NCBI GenBank assembly: GCA_028279515.1
Contig: JANQNQ010000009.1
Span: forward strand, 194,429-258,428
DNA length: 64,000 bases
Source: Flavobacteriaceae bacterium
GTDB taxonomy: Bacteria; Bacteroidota; Bacteroidia; Flavobacteriales; Flavobacteriaceae
Direction: 5' to 3'
Below the pieces are notes generated by a model. That model was given only the letters and a program-made list of their open reading frames with translations. It did no database searches and was not told the DNA's origin. The position numbers were made by a program, and so were the translations under genes. This document shows positions 59,795 through 64,000 of this stretch, one piece after another. Numbering within the stretch: position 1 is the stretch's first letter; each line of letters opens with the position of its first letter.

Positions 59795-60301
59795 TTAGTT
59801 TGTTTCGTCGGGGGACGATTTTTCGACGGATATTTCTATGGACTTATAAATGTTCGTTTCGTTGATTGTTTCGATCTTAGAAAGTTTTGATAGGAGATTT
59901 TCGGCTTCCGCTATACTTTGATCGAACATGTGCAAGGAATTCTTGTCAAAACCCTTGGTGTTTTCAGCTTCTATACGAACTATCTGCATTTGGTTGAGCA
60001 GATTCCGCAGGATGTGATTGCTTGCATAGGACATTGAGTTGTACAGGCGCTCCTTTTCAATTCGCTTTTGATTACGAAAGCCGTAAAAAGCATTTAAGAA
60101 GAAGAAGGTAAGCATAATGGGACCCCAAAAGAAGAAGAATTCATCGAGTTTGTGCGAATCACTTATACGTTCTGTATAGGTCCTTATGCGGTCAATGATG
60201 GGCCAATCAAACAGTTTTGAGGCGATAAAACCCAGCGCTGCAATAAAAACACCTACAAAAGAGAGCAAATATTTTCTCAGTCGCTTAGCGAATGCGATCA
60301 T
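59795..60301 (-). CDS. Hypothetical membrane protein
   Basis: 168 aa with two N-terminal TM helices. Confidence 0.4.
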   Translation of the reverse strand: MIAFAKRLRKYLLSFVGVFIAALGFIASKLFDWPIIDRIRTYTERISDSHKLDEFFFFWGPIMLTFFFLNAFYGFRNQKRIEKERLYNSMSYASNHILRNLLNQMQIVRIEAENTKGFDKNSLHMFDQSIAEAENLLSKLSKIETINETNIYKSIEISVEKSSPDETN

Positions 60302-60474
60302 TTATGGTCATTTAGTTAGATTGCTGTGTAAACTCAATATTTACAAGCGTCATAAAAGTATATGAAAAGCTATCGCAAAGTCGTTTAATTACGGTAACAA
60401 AAAGTAACATTTGGGTTTTACCTATCCAAAACTTAATGTAAATTGCAGCCGTACTCCCTTATAGTAATGACATT

Positions 60475-62304
60475 ATGCCAACCCGAACCCACACGAAACT
60501 CAAGGCTGTTTTTGTAGCAATCATGAGTCTTTTTTTTGTTTTATCATACAGTCATGAAGATGGCTGTCACACACATCAAATGGTATGGGAGACTGAGTCT
60601 TCTGATTTTAAGGAAAAGTTTGAGCACGCGTATAAATTGCTTATTGTCAATCCGAAAGAGGCCTATGAAATGCTGAGCCTTATGATGCAAGACCTCAGTA
60701 AGGAACAATCTCAAACATTGATGATCGCTTATTGGTTAAGAGGGGCCGCTTCCTTTAATCTTAATAACATCCCAGCGGGTTATGCCGATGCCCGAAGAGC
60801 TTTCGAAATGCTCACTCCAGAAAGCAAATACACTTTTTTGGGAGGAAATGTTGTGAATCAGTATGGCCTTTTCGCGGCCGTTTGTGGGGATGATGACCAT
60901 GGGCTCAAGTTTTTAAAAGAAGCGGTAGATGTTTTCAATGTGATCTGTACCGAGGGTAGTGTGATGCAATTCACCAATTACAATGAGATTGCCAAGATCT
61001 ACATAAAACAAAAAAAGTATGACTTGGCCAAAGAAGCCTATGATGAAGCCTATGCAGAAGCATCGCTTCTTGAAGACCGTATTTGGTTGTCATCGGTGAT
61101 CAACAATATAGGACTGCTTCAACATGAACTTAAAAACTATGATGAGGCCATGCGTTCTTTCAAGAAAGCAAAGTCAGTCTTAGAGGTAAAAGGACCAGAA
61201 CATTTACTGTTCTTAGTTAATATCGAAGAAAATATTGCTGCTATAAACATCGATATCGGAGACCCAGAAATGGCCTACGGTCTATTGGCCAACGTGGCCG
61301 AGGTAAGGGAGTCAAATGGGCAACCAACAGGTGCCATTCAAGCAAAGATTAAGATGGTCTTGGCGGCCGATAAGATGAATGATAAAGGTAAGATGCTTCC
61401 CTTAATGAAAGAGATCGATTTAATGTATGCTAAACACAAGGAGAGGCTAGAACGATATATTTCAGAAGGTTTAGACAGTTATTTTAAATTCAAACTTTCC
61501 TATTATTTGACCACTAATGACCCGGCAAATTACACGAAACAGGCGGATACCTATATTACGTTCATCAATGACAAGAACAAACGGCAAAAGGACTTGGTTC
61601 AGGTGGCCTATGATAGTTATGTTCAATTGGTAAAAAGCAAATACGAGCGACAATTAGAGCTAGAGAAACAATTACTTGTCACGGAAGAAGAATCTCATGC
61701 AAAGGGTAATAAATTGCTAATTTCACTAGCCGCAATACTAGGATTGGGTGTTGTGATGCTATTGCTTTTGGTTAACATAAGGCGTGCCCAGCGCAAGGAA
61801 GTAGAGCAGGAAAACAAGATCACAAAACTTGTACTCGAGAATACTCGGCTAGAGAAAGAAAGAGTTGATGAAATGCTCGAATCGAAGCAAAGAGACCTGA
61901 TCAATGTGATCGCATTTGGCTCGATGCGAACCAAATTTCAGGAAGGACTATTAAAGAAGATACAAAAGGCTTTCGAAGAAAATGAAGATCCAAAGACAAC
62001 CATTCGATCTCTTTCTTTAGACATTAAGGCACAGATAAATGTAGAAGAACGACTCTCAAAACTCAAAAGCGACCTGGCCAACCTAAATGCGCTCTTCGAA
62101 AAGCAATTGCTATCAAAATTCCCGCACTTATCTCGAACCGAACGAGAAATTTGCGCCTTTATACGACTCAACCTTTCTATAAAGGAAATTGCTCAAGTAC
62201 GTGGTGCCAGTACAGACTCGGTAAAGATGGCTAGGCTGCGAATTCGTAAGAAGTTAGGCTTGGATTCTAAAGAAGGGTTAGATCAATTTGTACAGGCGAT
62301 ATAA
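60475..62304 (+). CDS. TPR-repeat transmembrane regulator with a C-terminal LuxR-type HTH
   Basis: N-terminal signal/TM, TPR-like repeats, an internal TM (LLISLAAILGLGVVMLLLLV), a coiled coil, and a C-terminal EREICAFIRLNLSIKEIAQVRGASTDSVKMARLRIRKKLGL segment. Confidence 0.7.
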   Translation: MPTRTHTKLKAVFVAIMSLFFVLSYSHEDGCHTHQMVWETESSDFKEKFEHAYKLLIVNPKEAYEMLSLMMQDLSKEQSQTLMIAYWLRGAASFNLNNIPAGYADARRAFEMLTPESKYTFLGGNVVNQYGLFAAVCGDDDHGLKFLKEAVDVFNVICTEGSVMQFTNYNEIAKIYIKQKKYDLAKEAYDEAYAEASLLEDRIWLSSVINNIGLLQHELKNYDEAMRSFKKAKSVLEVKGPEHLLFLVNIEENIAAINIDIGDPEMAYGLLANVAEVRESNGQPTGAIQAKIKMVLAADKMNDKGKMLPLMKEIDLMYAKHKERLERYISEGLDSYFKFKLSYYLTTNDPANYTKQADTYITFINDKNKRQKDLVQVAYDSYVQLVKSKYERQLELEKQLLVTEEESHAKGNKLLISLAAILGLGVVMLLLLVNIRRAQRKEVEQENKITKLVLENTRLEKERVDEMLESKQRDLINVIAFGSMRTKFQEGLLKKIQKAFEENEDPKTTIRSLSLDIKAQINVEERLSKLKSDLANLNALFEKQLLSKFPHLSRTEREICAFIRLNLSIKEIAQVRGASTDSVKMARLRIRKKLGLDSKEGLDQFVQAI

Positions 62305-62421
62305 GAGATTGATGTTACCTTTTGTTACCGAAGTTTTTAGCTGTAATACCACGATTGCTAGTATATTTGAGAGCATTAGACATGGTTAAAACTGTCTACT
62401 TAAGTTAATGATAGTTTAAGG

Positions 62422-62465
62422 TCCCATTCTTTACCTATGGGTTTGGTAAAGGATGGGCTTTTTTA
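62422..62465. terminator. Terminator between the convergent LuxR-TPR gene and a small ORF
   Basis: CCCATTCTTTACC-TATGGGTTT-GGTAAAGGATGGG followed by CTTTTTTAT. Confidence 0.65.
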
Positions 62466-62645
62466 TGAATTGTATTCAGGGCTATTCATTTTTCGAAAAA
62501 GCTTGTAGGCCTCAAAATAGAAGAAATCACTTAGGCTTTCATCCGTCTGCTTAAAGTTGTACGCCTTTTCGATAAGAATTTTGTATTTCTTTTCTAATAC
62601 CCGCCGATTTAGATTGCGTTTTACCGCTTTTGCCATCTTTTTCAT
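62463..62645 (-). CDS. Small hypothetical protein
   Basis: 60-aa basic ORF with an AT-rich upstream region. Confidence 0.25.
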   Translation of the reverse strand: MKKMAKAVKRNLNRRVLEKKYKILIEKAYNFKQTDESLSDFFYFEAYKLFRKMNSPEYNS

Positions 62646-62880
62646 TGCAATGATAATTAAGGTTGAATTCTACTATTAATATACGTAAATTACTGGTAAT
62701 TAGATGGTTATTTTCAATATAAATTAAAGAAAATTGAAAAATCAGAGGTTTTTAATCATTTTTTTGAAGGTGTTACCTTACCTATAACTGTGTCTAACAC
62801 AATAATTTCCGTATCTATAAATAATTAATTCGAAAAAGTTCCTATTTTTGCCCGCCCCAAAAATTAAAGATACCTATTCA

Positions 62881-63660
62881 ATGCTTAGCTATAGTAAACA
62901 TAAGCATGCTTCGACCCAGGAGTGGGTGACCTTTGTTCATGGAGCCGCTGGAAGTTCGGCAACATGGAGTCCGCAGGTCGAAGAATTTGCAAAACACTAC
63001 AACGTACTCGTCCTTGACCTACGAGGACACGGTAATTCTTCTGGTTTAGTAGAAGCAGGTCAGAAAGAATACAACTTCGAAACACTTTCTGAAGACATCA
63101 TAGAAATATTGGATCATGAAAAGGTGGCTACTTCTCATTTCGTTGGAAGCTCCTTAGGAGCAATTGTAATAAGACAACTAGGTGAAAAATATCCCGAACG
63201 CATAAAAAGCCTCTTGATGGTCTCTGCAGTATTGAAGTTCAACTTTATCAGCCGTTTCATACTGCGAACTATGTATATTCTGAGAAGTCTGATTCCCTAT
63301 TCATTTTTGCATTGGATCTCGGCATTATTGGTCATGCCCGGAAAAAGTCACAAGCAATCAAGAACGATTGCGTTAGAAGAGGCAAAACGAATGAACAAAA
63401 AGACGTATGCCAAATGGCTTAGACTTATTCTAGACGCTCACCCGTTGCTAGGTTTTTTTAGGGGAGTAGAGCTGCGATTGCCAACCTTGTATATTATGGG
63501 AAAGGAAGACCATCTCTTTTTACCACCGGTAAAACGGGTGGTAAAACGCCACGAGTTTGCGAACCTTGTAGTCGTAGACAATAGCGGACATGCTGTGAAC
63601 ATTGAAAATCCAAAAGTCTTCAACGAAAAGGCACTGCGTTTCATGGCCGGAGTAGAATAG
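62881..63660 (+). CDS. Alpha/beta-fold hydrolase
   Basis: HGAAGSS oxyanion region, LDLRGHG, nucleophile elbow GSSLGA, and a C-terminal catalytic His region (NSGHAVNIE). Confidence 0.65.
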   Translation: MLSYSKHKHASTQEWVTFVHGAAGSSATWSPQVEEFAKHYNVLVLDLRGHGNSSGLVEAGQKEYNFETLSEDIIEILDHEKVATSHFVGSSLGAIVIRQLGEKYPERIKSLLMVSAVLKFNFISRFILRTMYILRSLIPYSFLHWISALLVMPGKSHKQSRTIALEEAKRMNKKTYAKWLRLILDAHPLLGFFRGVELRLPTLYIMGKEDHLFLPPVKRVVKRHEFANLVVVDNSGHAVNIENPKVFNEKALRFMAGVE

Positions 63661-63874
63661 TCGTTTCCCAATTCCTGCGCCTTCGTTCTTCGAAGCCTGG
63701 GCGAAGAAGAAAGGCAGGAATCTATTTCAAGTCTGTTACTTCAGATTTCTTCGCAACGAATTCACGAATACCTCTTCTTATCTTGCAGGCCAAGAATCTA
63801 TTTAGGGTTGGTTTTACCATTGTACATCTCTAAAAAATGCTGTAAGTTGGTACTTACAATCAATATAGCAATCC

Positions 63875-64000
63875 ATGAAAATTTTTGTAGAGACCAATCG
63901 CTTTCTTTTGCGCGAACTGTTAGAAGACGATGTAGAAGGAATGTACGCACTAGATTCTGATCCAGAGGTGCACCAGTTCTTAGGAAACAGCCCTATTCAA
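63875..64000 (+). CDS. GNAT-family N-acetyltransferase, N-terminal fragment (runs off the window)
   Basis: MKIFVETNRFLLRELLEDDVEGMYALDSDPEVHQFLGN matches the RimJ/RimL-type N-terminus. Confidence 0.4.
   Translation, partial: MKIFVETNRFLLRELLEDDVEGMYALDSDPEVHQFLGNSPIQ

Overview
This 64-kb window reads as a Bacteroidetes (Flavobacteriia-like) chromosome. The support is a SusC/SusD pair, a TPR-LuxR regulator, GS type III next to GS type II, a BlaR1-M56/TonB fusion with a BlaI-like repressor, and TAnnTTTG-type promoter boxes. Two regions can be distinguished. (1) Positions ~1-30,660 are a siphovirus-like prophage that runs off the left edge of the window. Its right boundary is a tyrosine integrase lying next to a degenerate tRNA-Arg(ACG)-like gene and a tandem array of pseudo-tRNA fragments. 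The prophage carries an SRAP (Met-Cys) peptidase, a divergent control region with iterated GCACGATT motifs, and receptor-binding-like proteins. It has a full Gram-negative lysis cassette (holin, Amidase_3 endolysin, small lipoprotein, u-spanin-like lipoprotein). It also encodes an S49 prohead protease, a 709-aa capsid protein with an N-terminal coiled-coil domain and duplicated C-terminal ~65-aa modules, and a large terminase. Further along are a major-tail/chaperone/1012-aa tape-measure/distal-tail block and a HicB/HicA-like toxin-antitoxin moron with its own promoter. (2) Positions ~31-64 kb are core chromosome. They include an SPFH protein, blaR1-like/blaI-like genes, a Ca2+/Na+ antiporter, divergent glnII/glnN, and a complete curli (csgA/B/E/F/G-like) locus extended by a co-operonic TolB-like lipoprotein. 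They continue with purM, a DASS symporter, an ABC ATPase, msrA, prfA, pyrF, a binding protein, susD/susC and a TPR-LuxR regulator. Several rho-independent terminators are visible, three of them sharing a GCAGGAATCTTTTT motif. No CRISPR array, rRNA, IS element or transposase was seen.
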